The notes under the pieces are model-generated. The model did no database searches. It saw only the letters and a list, made by a program, of their open reading frames with translations, and had not been told where the DNA came from. Of a stretch of 64,000 nucleotides of DNA, positions 48,780 through 60,990 are shown in pieces. The position numbers and the translations under genes were made by a program. Origin of the DNA: Heptranchias perlo (lineage: Eukaryota); contig NC_090354.1 in NCBI RefSeq assembly GCF_035084215.1, positions 9,672,001 to 9,736,000 on the forward strand, given 5' to 3'. Position 1 is the first letter of the stretch; each line of letters begins with the position of its first letter.

Positions 48780-48967
48780 TGTGACTACTATTCCCAGAGA
48801 TAGTGGGTGGGGAATGAATGGTCTGGCTGAGCAGTGTGGGATTTGTAGTATTACCTGGCGCCCGCTGCCTCTCGGGAACTGTAGTCCTTCTGGACGTCAT
48901 GCCTACAGCTCCCGACATGCACTGTTGCCAGTGGACTTCCGGCTGCCTCAACACGGAAAGATGGCGG
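48780..48967 (+). promoter_or_regulatory. CASC3 core promoter
   Basis: Four ZNF143/THAP11-type motifs (48784, 48837, 48873, 48903); ETS ACTTCCGG 48935; YY1 AAGATGGCGG overlapping the ATG at 48958-48967. Confidence 0.7.
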
Positions 48968-49107
48968 ACAGGCGGCGGAGACGTGCGTCCCAAGACACCG
49001 ATGAAGAGGATGAGGACGTGTCCGGGCCTGAGGTGGAGATCGTTCCCTCCGCCCCTCGCGTCTTAGACTTATCCGGCGTCCAGGCTCGCGAGGCCGAGTC
49101 TGAGTGT
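48961..49107 (+). CDS. casc3: CASC3 (MLN51/Barentsz, EJC component) coding exon 1
   Basis: MADRRRRRASQDTDEEDED...AREAESEC|gtgagt; 147 nt, phase 0. Confidence 0.93.
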
Positions 49108-49520
49108 GTGAGTATCCTTGGTGGGAGTCGGTAAGCGGGTGGGGAAGAAATAGAGCGGGGCTTGGGGCTCCTGACAAGGCCTGGCGGGATATGGCTACGA
49201 ACCCAGGGTTTAGTCAGTGTCCAGCCTTTGGGGCTGGTGAATAATTTAAAGTTCTGGTCGATTTGTTAGCCCTATAGAATACGGAGTTTATTTTTTTTAA
49301 GCTATTGGTTTGAATGGTTATGTTTAATTTTAAGTATAGTTTGATTTCGCACTGCCTGGAGAGAGGTTTCAGGATATGGGAGTCGGTGGAAGTTTAATTC
49401 TGCCCACATTTGAAGCTATTTTCTTCCGAAATCGTCTGGAGAGTGTCGCAGAAGGAGTAGTGTTCTGAGCTGTTGTGTGGTCATGTATTTTGTATCAGTA
49501 TATGATCACTGATAGTTATA

Positions 49521-49667
49521 CAGTGAAACCTGTATATTAGGGACACCCAAGGGACTTGCACCAGCTGTCCCTATTTTCAAAATGGTCATTGTATGTACAG
49601 TAAATTATTTGGGACTGTCAATGAGTGCCCCTTTTTTTGCAGGTGTACCTTTGTACCGGTTTCACTG
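49521..49667. mobile_element. Tc1/mariner (pogo/Tigger-like) MITE, 147 bp
   Basis: TIRs CAGTGAAACC ... GGTTTCACTG; TA on the left flank (the right flank reads AA). Confidence 0.7.
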
Positions 49668-52600
49668 AATATGTAAAAAAACCAAGCCTGGCCTCATTAG
49701 GGCTGGATCTAAGTTGCTGAAGCTCATATACAAGATAAGAATCTGTCTAATTTCTGGACTAGCTATGGACTTACTCCTAAGTAGTGCTGTGTGTTTTATG
49801 TTCTGTACTACACAATAGAAGATTTGCGGGTACCAAGTTTTGTCAACCCTTTGCGCTCTGGCTTTTCTCCAGATGGTGACTTGCCGATCTTGGTTGTATT
49901 GTTGGGTTCAGGTTTGAGGAAAGATGGTTGTACCTCTGGTCGTATTTATATCAATATTGAGTGGCATTGGCAAGGAATATGGAATTGTCTGTAGTCACCT
50001 TGGTTAATGGTTGCATCAGCTGAAGTTTATGGATGAGAGCTGGAAAGCTACAAAAGATATAGATTTGCAATCATTGGTGCCTGTATCGATGCTTGTTACT
50101 GACAGGTTAACGTTACTTGCATGCTTTCATAAGAGTTGTTAAAAGGATGTATTTTGGAGATGCTTTCAAGTTGTAAACATTTTTTTAAACTGAAGATTTC
50201 TGCAGATGCTCCATGGACTTAAGATGTTTAGATGGACTCTTATTTTATAGCAGTGTACATAGCTTACATAATGTCTTTTGAAATACATTAATTTTTATGA
50301 ATTGATGTTTTTACTTAATTTTTGTTTACCTATTGATGTGTTTTAAAATGGGCTACACATGAGATGATGTGTCTTGTGCATCTAAATATAAAGTACATCA
50401 TTTTCCTATTGGCTTTTTTTTCCATTAAAAGCATTAAAGCTTGGAAGAAAGAGTTGGGTGCAGTAGGAATAAAAACAGAAAATGTAAGAATACTCAGTTC
50501 CATCTGTATGTGAAAAGAGAAAAGATAGGTTCCCATTCAAAATATTAACCTTTCATCAGAACAGAAAAAGTAAGACCAATACAATAAGACTGACCAAAAC
50601 AAAGGGGAGGGGTGAGCAACAGTTAGTGTCGCAAATACAGTCATGCTAACTGTAAAAGGACAACTAATGGGTTTTATAGCCTGTAAACATTTTTTTTTTA
50701 AAAGCTGGATAGAAATGAAAATTGCTGGATAATATGCATAGGCCATCTCGATCAAGCAACTTTTGTCTTATTGGGTATTGGTCTTATAAAAGAGTTTACT
50801 GGCCTTATTTTTTCAGTTCTGATGAAAGCTCTCCACTTTCTGTTTCTATTTCAGCATTTTTCTTTCTTTTTAGCTCCAGTGTAAAACAGTTTTATACACT
50901 GCACTAGCTCACAAGATCAAAATATTTCAGCTTACGTTGTATATGACATTAGAAATAATATATAAAGGATTCACTTCATATTTTCCACCACTTGTGGGCA
51001 CAGTCAATCGGATCCCTTCTCTAGCTTTCAGTTTACAAGGTTTAGTTTTGCTCTCAGCAGGGTTTAAGAGAAGCTCAATAATGGTGCACATTGCGATGTG
51101 AATGAAAAAAGGGGGAAAGAGCTACAAAGCATTTTGATTAATATCATTAAACTTTTTCTGTCTTTCTGTACCTTTTTATGTAAATATTTATGTTAAATCA
51201 CCAAATACTCATCAGAGGATCTGGCTTGTGTGAGGGAGATGAAATAATATACAGTGTCACAATCTTCAGTCACTGACTACTTGTTGCTGTTCAGTTGTCC
51301 AGATTCTCAGAGCCGTAGCAACTTCCCCTCCCTCCCCGCCCCCCCACCTCCAAAAAAAAAAGCTGTCAGTGATACTGAGTGCTTAGGCAGAACTTCTGAA
51401 GTCAGCAGCCATGTAAAGGATGTTAATCCATACTTTTAAAACTGTTAAAGGGGATCACCAATGGTGAGACTTCTTGTCTAATTGGTATATGTGGTATACA
51501 TTTCATGTTGCTATGATCTGTGTTTCCTGTATTTGTTGCATCCATAGAAAATATGTGAAGAAGACAATAATAACATCATTTTGGAGACATGACAAATCCC
51601 AGTAATATGGAAGGCCTATTAAGTGCCTGTGGTGATGGTCTCCCACTCTTGCATTTACTGATTGCTGGTCTTTGTACTGCTTGTGATTGTAGAAATCATT
51701 GGAATAAATGTGCACTCAAGATTACCACAATTTTTAAGCTACCCAAGCTCATGACAAAGAGCTGGTTGTGGCTTCTTAAGATCTGTAACATCGGAGTTTC
51801 AAATGAAAAGGACCAGTGGACCACTGAGCCTGATCTACTTGGGGAGAAGCCTGCAGGATAAACTGTGAACTTATTTCTAATAATATAATGTGATAACAGG
51901 AGTCCACCACTTTTTTATATTGTGACGTTGCCATAATCGTTCAAGTTGCACAGAGCCAACTGCTTCACCACACTTTTGGATGGCTGAAGGTTTCTATGGA
52001 CTTTGGCTAATTTAACCAGGAAGTCATCCATTACTTTCACACAGATCTCCAAGTACTGTTTGCTGAGAGAGTGCCAAGCTAGAAAATTGGAAAACCATTG
52101 TCTTAAGAGCCAAATAACACTACTGCTTCTTGTGTCATGAGAAGAAGTTTTCAATTTGAAATGCACACCAGACCAGAATTAATAGCCCTAACCACAGACC
52201 GGTGGGAGATGAATGATCATTGAATTGGCTGAGATGCCCGGGAAGTGTTTTTTAGGAAGAAACTAGTCTTCACTGGTCAGCTATTCATAGCACGTAATTA
52301 CATTATCAGTTTCGGCCATATTGGCATACCAGTCCATTTTTGTTTTATGGACTAAGGACTTTTACAAGTTGCTGTCATAATGCCAAGTGTTTGCCTCAGA
52401 ATCATCGATGGACAACTTCGACAATAGTAATTAAAGGATGTTTCATAACAGAAGCTCCCTAGCAAGTTCAATATGAGAACAAACAATATTAATTGTTTCA
52501 TTAAAGTGTTCTTAATTCAGACTAGTTTTAGTCTGTCTAGATTTTTACCACTAAAATCACTTATAGTGGGATGCAAACAGTGTAATCAGCAATGCAGCCA

Positions 52601-54122
52601 GTTTGCTCTGACAAATTGTTCCAGATGGTCTTAACATCTCACTATTTCTGAGCTGTGAGTTGATATATATGGCTCATCATTCCAGTAATCCTTTAAACCT
52701 CCTTTCTCCCCCTCCCCCGCCCCCCCCCCCCCCCCAACAATTGTGTAGTAAACACATCCTTGAGATATTCCATGTATTGTAAAATGCATGGCTTGGAGAG
52801 ACTTGAAGGATGTGTTATATACAGTAATGTTCTGTAAGGTTGGTACATTTTGAGTTCTTGATTCCTGTATTGAATCTGCAAGAATTGCCTACAGCACGGG
52901 ACTCGGAAGCGCCAGCTGAATATTTCTGTATGTGTGAGGGATCCAAGAGAAATTGCTTTTTGAGAACCTACAGGTAAACATTTTATAGATTACTTGTGCT
53001 AGTACTTAGCAAAAAAAAACGAGACCGTACAATGTTTTGAGTGTTATAAGGTCAGTTACCAATGATAAACAGGAATTTGTTTCTTAATAAAAAGTAAAGC
53101 AACGTTTTCTGATAGTGAAGGTTCATTGTAATGTATGAAAGAAAGTGCCTTTTCATGCAGCATCCGTGGTGAAGTTATGAATGTGACATTTTTTTGGACA
53201 GTACAATGTTTGTACAGGAACAAGGTTTTGCTGGATATCAATATTGTAGTAGTATTTTTATAGTTGTCAGAATAAGTTGAATATGGAAATGTTCTAGCTG
53301 CTAGAATTCTACTGTGTATATTTAATTCAGATGATAATCATGGTAAACTTTTGGTAATATTTCTTTCCATATATTTAATGACTCCCATTGTAGGGTAACT
53401 TACATTGGTAGCTGTCACCTTATGGAGTTTTCAATTAATAATAGAAATTATCGTCCACTCCAATTGTCAGTTTGCCCTTTATTTAAAAATCTGAGGTTTG
53501 GATAATTTGTTTACATTTAATGGTTTACAATTTGATTTGAACCAGTGTCTCAGATGTTTCATAGGGTTCTGTGTAATGTCAGACTGGCAGGTTTTGAATC
53601 CAGGATTGAACTTGATGTGCGCCCCAGAAACTAAATAGGCACTGCAGGGTAGTTAATACTGTTGTTTTGTTCTGTGGCAGAGGTGTAGTTTGCTTAGAGT
53701 CATTTGCTCAATGTGTGAATTACAGGGTTACGAAGAATTTTCAGAGAGAGCCTATGCCGTCTGTGTAAACCATATGCTTGCAGATTTGGTGCGTCCATTT
53801 TCTTGCTATGGTGGGGATTTTTTTTGCATCTTACTAGAGTTGCTAATTGTAATGTTCAGTGCTAGCTCAGTATGCCAGCAGTTAAGGGTGTGGGAGGGAA
53901 TCGTAAACCTCTTGGCAGTCTTTCTGTTACTAGCAGTGGTATATATTTTTGAGCTGTGTGTATGTATGTGTTTGGGTTTGCATGGGTGGAAGATGTAAAG
54001 ATGTTGCTAAATATAAACTATAAGTAATACTTCTCAATCACAGATCTCAGGGCCCATATACATAAATTTAAAAAATAAATTGCTATAGAATGGATACTAA
54101 TAGAAGTTTGTTTCTTTCGCAG

Positions 54123-54150
54123 GAGAGTGAAGATGGCATAGGAGGTGATG
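54123..54150 (+). CDS. casc3: CASC3 coding exon 2 (28-nt microexon)
   Basis: cgcag|GAG AGT GAA GAT GGC ATA GGA GGT GAT G|gtaagt gives ESEDGIGGD. Confidence 0.9.
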
Positions 54151-54469
54151 GTAAGTATCATGGCTAACAAAAACCTTATTGGTTTTAGTCAAAAGCCATT
54201 ACTATATATTAGAGCATCGCTTCAGGTCCTACTTCTTGTCCTACCTATATCTAATTTGGATAACAATTCCACTAATTAAATGAGAGATCAGATTGCAGAT
54301 AATTTACCTTTTTATACAGATGAAAGGCAACTCTTTGCTCTTCCTCTCCAAGACACTGAATAATGCTGGGGTATGGTTCCACATGCGGTGGCAATGAATG
54401 TTGGCAGGTAGTTTTCCCCCTGGAGAGTATTACAACATAACCTGATCCTCCTCGCCTGACAGTCACAGC

Positions 54470-54735
54470 ACTTTCCAGCAGGAATCATTGTGTACTGATC
54501 AGCAGTATATGCCTTTCCCCCCCACCCCCTCCCTAGCCTATAGATGCTGTAGTCCTCATCCTCTACTCCCAGTGCTGCAGCACTGAGCCTAGTGACACTG
54601 TGGCCTTCATTTCCTCCTCCCCCAATAACTGCATTGCTGAGAACAGCTAACACAGCACAGACCAGGGATTGAATCAGGGGCCATTTTAGCCTGTATAGTT
54701 CAGTACCACACCAGATGGTGCATTTACCCATTGCG
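54470..54735 (-). mobile_element. Family-B SINE-like element
   Basis: Minus strand GCGCAATGGGTAAATGCACC...GATTCAATCCCTGGTCTGTGCTGTGTTAGCTG. Confidence 0.55.
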
Positions 54736-54909
54736 CTGCCAGATGAATCTGTCCAATTATGTTTTCTGGTGATTCAAAGTTGATGAGTCGGCTGTTGGTT
54801 TTAAAAAAAAACAAATTTGTTCCATGTTAATTTTATTTGTACTGTCATAATATGTTGCAGTGCTTTTACTTTGGTTACAAATTTGCTAATTTTTGTTCTT
54901 TGATTTCAG

Positions 54910-54962
54910 CTGTTGTACTTTCAGACTATGAAAGTGCTGAAGACAATGGTTCTCAGAAATCT
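54910..54962 (+). CDS. casc3: CASC3 coding exon 3
   Basis: ttcag|CT GTT GTA CTT TCA GAC TAT GAA AGT GCT GAA gives AVVLSDYESAEDNGSQKS|gtaagt; 53 nt. Confidence 0.9.
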
Positions 54963-57834
54963 GTAAGTCCAGCAATTGATAAGTGCAAATCCTGGAGCTG
55001 GGATTGGGAGGGATAGCATTGTATCATTCCTGTGCTGGTAGTGGGCAGGTGGTATTTTACGAGTAGTATACATGTGCTGCTGGTGGCAAAGCAGGATACT
55101 GTTGATGTGGCGTAGGTACAGTACTGTACCTTATCATACCTGTGCTGGTAATATGAATGTTACCATTCTTATTTGATGGCAAGTACTACCGGTTGCCAAA
55201 TTTGCAGGTTTATTTTTGGTTTCTATTATTTTTGTGTGTTGGTGTGAGTGACAGAAGTTAGAGCAGTCCTGTGGTCCATTCACTCTTTGTGGTCTTTCAC
55301 CAACTGGTTGCACTCTGCATGTGCACTCTTCTCTCCTGGCTCTCCTCTGCAGTTCCTGTTCCTGAGCCGTGCTTCTCACCTGATCTCTTTTTTATCTTTC
55401 TCTCCTTTGGTGAGAAATTGCCTGCTGATCTGGTTTCGTTGAGCCTGCTTCCTTTCTCCTATTCCTGAACAGCCTGTTTTGTCTGATGTCTCCCGAGTGG
55501 TCTCTGCTATTGTTTTGGCTTCTTTCGTATCTTTTTGATGAGCCTGTCTGTCTCATCTCTTCAAGTTCATTTTGGCTTGTTTCCATGCAGCATTTCAGCT
55601 GCACTTATCTCTGATCTTTTTACAAGATCCAACATGTTCTGCTCTTGATTCTTATTTCGTTTGGCAATTGGAAGTATGGTTGGCAGCTTGGTTTTGAGTG
55701 TTCCTCCCACTGTGTTTGTACATACAAAAATAATTCCATCAACAGTTTTTTGTTACACTGTACTTTTAGTTTTCATGTGATTGCATGAATTATGTAGAGT
55801 ACATTTTTAGTGTAAATATTTTAAATCATTTGAATATTTAATAATTCAGGTAGCATACATTTTAAAATTAGGTATTTGGGAATAAGTGCACTCAAAACAT
55901 TGAGGTGAATGTCAGAAATGGTGGTTTGGGGTGAGTGCCCTTTAAGGGTGGTCGGGGAATTGACCTTGGATAAGGCAGCAGACAAATGCAGTTTGTAACA
56001 GTGCAACGTGACCTGAGCTAATGTCTGATAGAAAATTGCACAGCAGACACATTTTGTATTTCAAATCATCTCTGATGCCCCAATTCTGCGAGCCAGCATT
56101 TGTGCAAATTTAGCTGGGCACATATTCAGAGACTGTGAAGGGAATAGTAGAAAAGGGCAAGAAATGTGCGGTTACCAGAGAGCATAAAAACAAATGTTAG
56201 AGAGTAGGAAGGAAAAGTGCTGACTTACTATTGAGCAAGAGTACAATAAAATCAATGTACTGTACCTTAAATGAGGATTTTGTCAGTTGTATTTACCCAT
56301 GTGAATGTTTAACTATATTGTCTGCTAGCATCTAATCAGATATAAATCACTATTTTAAAAAAAAACTCTTGAATGTTAATCAAGTTCTGGAATACTACGA
56401 AGTTCCTGTTGCTCCCAACATGTACATTTCTGTATTGCTGTGTTCATAGTGAAGTGTTTGTGGATTTGTATTGTCATGCTACGACTCTATGGGTTGGGGA
56501 GACAAAAAGTTAACCAGGAGCCTTGCTACCTCAGTGATTAGTTATAGAAAGTGCACTTATGTGGATGACCAGGCTTAGCTGCAAAACTCCTCATAGTCAG
56601 GTGATGCTCACTGTTTTGGGTCACACATGAACAGTGGCCACTGGGGGGGGTGCCAGAGGGCTGCTGGCACCTGTAGAAGCCAGTGAAAGTCACCATACTG
56701 AGGAAAGAGGGCTGGGGTGTAATAAAGTGCCACAGCTTTTTTTGTTTTGAGGTGTGGGGGGAGCCTGACGAGTATTTCGGTCAAAACGGTGTTGAACACA
56801 AATGAGTAATGCTGTGATTTACATCATTGTGTCGTGCAGGCAAGACAGCTTTCTGAATGTTGTTCTTTGAAGACAGCTACCCCATTTAACACTCGTAGCA
56901 CTTGTGGTCTATGTTCTTGCACTCAGTCACTTCTAATGCCAATGTCCTGTACGCATTTTGCATAAAGGACTACTTTAATTTGATTCATGCAATTAACACA
57001 AAGCAGTAATCACAATTTTAGTTAGTGGGGTTCACTTTATTATGTTTTTATTTTTATGGTACAAATATGTAAGATGGGTAATGCCAACCAAAAAAAAAGT
57101 AGCAGTCCCAGCTTTTCCCCCTGTCATGCTGGTAGTATCCATTTTCACCACAACATCTGTTTAGTGAGGGTATTCCAGAGTGTGCGGCCTATTTATCGAG
57201 CAGCACTACTTCTGTTTTTTGGTGTTATAAGGCAGCACTGTTGCCTCTGGAGGCAGCACAGTCGCCCCAGTAACAGGACAGACATTGCTGTCAGAAGCCA
57301 GGTTGCAATCTTTTCTAGTAACTGGCAGGCTGAGCAAGCCAGCATACTTTGTAAGGCCAGCACTTTTTTTTGCTCGCGAGCTGAAGCAGACCTTCACTGG
57401 GGAAGGTACAGCAGCTAGAAACACAATGTTGCAAGTTATGACTTGGTTAAACTTCAGGTGTACAGTTGTCTTACTGTTGTGGTGCTGTGGAATAAAAATG
57501 GAGTGATTCTGCATAAGGAATCCTGGGCAACCACTAGTTTTTGATGTGGTCCTACAGTGTAAATACATCATTGTACATCTGTTGGAAAGGGAGCAGTGCT
57601 GTTCTGATTTTTTTTGTGGCAAGTGTGATTCCTGTCAACGGAAGATGGATCTGTATTGGTGTGGGTGTTTATGTTTATGTGGGGGGGGGGGGGGGGGGCG
57701 GCGAGGGAAGAGGAGGTCGGGCTACGTCCGTTTTTAAAAAAAAAAGTCCATTTGTCATGATCGTATAAAATGTTTGTTTTGGATTGACTGAGGTGTGTCC
57801 TTGTTACCAATGCTTAACAAATCTGTGCCTGCAG

Positions 57835-57993
57835 GGGGATGAAGAGGAAGGTGGAGAATATAGTGAAGAGGAAGTTCCAAAGGAGGAAATAAAAAAATCA
57901 GGCAACGAAGGTGAGGAAGATGAATCATCAAAAGAAGGAAAACCCGAAGAGAAAGGAGAGATTACTGGAGAAAGACAGAGTGGAGATGGACAG
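57835..57993 (+). CDS. casc3: CASC3 coding exon 4
   Basis: gcag|GGG GAT GAA gives GDEEEGGEYSEEE...ITGERQSGDGQ|gtaatg; 159 nt. Confidence 0.93.
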
Positions 57994-58157
57994 GTAATGT
58001 GAATTGCCACCTGTTTTGTTTTGACATGGACGGGGGGAGCAGGTTTGAATCTTTAATAAGTCTAATAGTATTTGAGCAATTTATTAGCGGTAACAATATA
58101 TACAGGAAGGACGGAGAGATGTATAATGATACAAAAAGAGAGGAGCACAGGCATGCA

Positions 58158-58312
58158 TAGAATCATAGAAAATTTACAGCACAGAAGGAGGCCCTTTGGC
58201 CCATCGTCAGCCTAATCCCACTTTCCAGCACTTGGTCCATAGCCTTGTAGGTTTTGGCACTTCAGGTGCATATCCAGGTACTTTTTAAATATGATGTTTT
58301 CTGCCTCTACCT
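58158..58312 (-). mobile_element. CR1 3' tail fragment
   Basis: ATAGAATCATAGAAAATTTACAGCACAGAAGGAGGCCCTTTGGCCCATC is a reverse CR1 tail. Confidence 0.65.
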
Positions 58313-58334
58313 CTACCATAGAGAAAAGTAATAA

Positions 58335-58728
58335 AAAACATGTATTTTTATATCACCTCATCACTTCTCTTGGAAGTATCACAAAGTACTTCGCAACCAG
58401 TGAATTACTTTGCATTGCGGTGACTTGTTATGTAGGCAAACACAGGAACCATTTGACCAGTTAATCTGTTTTTGTTGGTTGAAGGAGCGATGTTGGCCAA
58501 GATGCCGGGAAAACTCCTTGCTCTTTTTTGAATAGCGACTTGGGATCTTTAACATCCACTGGAATAGTCAGGTGGACCATGGTTTAATGCTGCACCCAAA
58601 GGGCAGCACCTCTGACAATCCAACACTGTACTGAATTGTCAGCCTAGTTTATGTGTTCAATTCTTGAAGTGGAGCATGAAGCTACAACCTTAAAGTGAGA
58701 GTGCTACCAACTGAGCCAAGCTAACAGT
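58335..58728 (-). mobile_element. Deu-domain tRNA SINE
   Basis: Similar to 675-937: TGTTGGCCAAG...GGCAGCACCTCTGACAAT...GAGTGCTACCAACTGAGCCAAGCT. Confidence 0.7.
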
Positions 58729-59399
58729 AGTGCAAGGTACTAAACATAAATACAGAGCTATGCACACAGACTATGAAAGAGAAGCGAGATGATTGTGATG
58801 GTGTAAAGGCTACACTGAATTGAGCCCAATTAACAAGATACAAGTTTGTTGGTTCAAATGGCCTATTCCTTTTTTTAAAAATATGTTTGAGGAGAATGGG
58901 TGACCAATCGTGAGACCCCCCCCAGGAACTTCTTGATAACAGATGGAAGATAGCCTTAAATTCTTCAGGCCATTGTTTACAAATGAATCTGAAGAATTTA
59001 TCCCTTTACAGGATTAGAATTTCAAGGGCAAGAAGAAGAAAATGATCTGTAAATTCAGTAATGGAATTCAAAGGAGGTGGCAAATAAAATCAGCTATGTC
59101 TTGATTGATATCTTAAGGTAACTGCTGAATGCGGGAGTTGTACAGCTGGAAGCTCAATGTAAAACTGCCGGAACTCAAGACCAGCTGCTGGAAAGAACCA
59201 TTTTTAGCGGGTCTTCGAGTGAGTCATGCCATTTTACATTAGGCTTGCTGTGAGCTGCGCATGACCTATACTTCGGGAACCCAGCAGGTATTAGCACAAC
59301 ATGAAAGTGCTTTTTAAAATTTTTAAAAATGTTTTAAAATTAGAAATGATGTAGTAGAGGGGTAGAAATGTTTTCAGTGTGTAAAGTGGGCTCCCCAAA

Positions 59400-59705
59400 G
59401 GCTCAACTGAGCCATTTGGATCAAGAAGCACAGTTCCAGTCTATGCTGAGTTAGCTAATCTCACCTGGAGTGCTACAGTTGAGCTCAGTGCCTCTGAGTT
59501 AGTAACAGGTATATTGGCCAAGGTTCCTGCTTGTGATCGCTATCCATCAACTGGTGGAAGTGCATGTGTGGAAGAGTTTCAGGCTTGGCTAGGATGCTCC
59601 TGCATTAGTACAGCCAGTGGACACATGCGGTCAGACTTCACATATGACAATTGGCCGCATGGGTAAGATCTTCAGGAGAAGTCAATGGCTTCAGGGGAGA
59701 AGAAA
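59400..59705 (+). mobile_element. Family-B SINE-like element
   Basis: TGCTGAGTTAGCTAATCTCA...GGCCAAGGTTCCTGCT...GAAGTGCATGTGTG...CTTCAGGGGAGA. Confidence 0.5.
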
Positions 59706-59895
59706 ATTAATAAGATTTTTAAAAAATATGTTGGGGTCAATAACAGTCCATATTCAGAGTGACACAATTTGGCAAAGTGACAGAAACTGGTTGTGGCTTT
59801 AGGCTTTTTAAAGACAATATATATGAAAACTGCTTTATTTACTGTTTTGCAGATTGTTGCTTTCATACCAAGTCTTTTTATTTTTTTCCCTGCAG

Positions 59896-60047
59896 GAAAG
59901 TACAGAACCTACTGAAAATAAAATAGGTAAAAAGAACAGGCGGCAACTGGACGATGATGAGGATCGGAAAAACCCTGCCTACATCCCACGGAAAGGACTC
60001 TTCTTTGAACATGATCTCCGAGGACACACTGAACCAGAGGAAGTCAG
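59896..60047 (+). CDS. casc3: CASC3 coding exon 5 (SELOR/Btz domain)
   Basis: gcag|GAA AGT ACA gives ESTEPTENKIGKK...LDDDEDRKNPAYIPRKGLFFEHDLRG...EEV AG|gtttgt; 152 nt. Confidence 0.96.
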
Positions 60048-60347
60048 GTTTGTAATGGACTCTCTTCCTGTTTTTGTTAAGTTTAAGCCTGAGCTCTAAT
60101 TGGACTGGAAAAATTAGAAATCTTGAATTGTTGTTGTAACATTCAAATCATTTTGGGGGAGGGTTCCATTCACGAGGAAAAGTATGCTAGCACCTGTAAC
60201 TAAAACTGTAGGATGTTCATACCTCTTTTTGAAAAAGGGAGGTATGTAATCCAGACAGATGTCTTCCGCTAAGCATATACCTAACCAAAGGATTAACAAA
60301 TAGATGAAGCCACTTCCCATTTAAAAATCCTGATTAATGGATAACCT

Positions 60348-60990
60348 ACAACAACAATTTGCATTTATACAGTGCCTTCAAAGCCAAGAAAAATGTCCCA
60401 AGGCATTTCACAGAGGGGTAATTGGACAAAAATCAACATCGAGCCAAAGAAGGAGATATTAGGAATTGTAACCAAAAGCACAACTCCTAATATCTCCATA
60501 TTTGGTTCAGTGTCGGTTTTTGTCTGCTTGGGAGATGATGATGGAGTGGTGGAGGGATTTAGTGAGGGAATTCCAGTGCATGGGGAGGCTTTAGGCACGG
60601 CTTCCAATGGTGGGCCGAAAGGAAGGCGGATATAAAAGGTCAGAGTCAGCGGAACAGAAAATCTGGGGGTGGGTGAGGGTGTAGAAGAGATTACAAAGAT
60701 GGGGAGGGGCAAGGCAATCAAGAAATTTAAACACGAGGAGATTTGGAGGTGTGAGGGGACTGGGAGCCAATGTAGATCAGCATGAACAGTAGTGTCGGTT
60801 AAGCGGGATTTGTGTGGGACAGTACACAGGCAGTAGAGTTTTGGATTAGCTGAAGTTTACAGCCTAGAGTATAGGAGACTGGCCAGGAAGGCATCAGAAT
60901 AGTTGAGTCTAAAAGTGACAAGGCATGAATGAGAGTTTTGGGAGCAGGTGGGTGGAGGCAGGTGATGTTAGAGGTGGAAGTGACCAAGCA
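60348..60990 (-). mobile_element. L2 LINE 3' fragment
   Basis: (CAA)n-TTTGCATTTATACAGTGCC tail; KTLIHA and KLQLIQNSTA remnants. Confidence 0.7.

Noticed and set aside
55134-55604. Charged minus-strand ORFs in CASC3 intron 3
   Set aside because: By-product of the pyrimidine-rich plus strand; short, interrupted by stops, and no recognisable homology.
55536-55614. Possible C/D box snoRNA (TGATGA...CTGA) in a CASC3 intron
   Set aside because: No terminal stem and no recognisable rRNA or snRNA antisense element.
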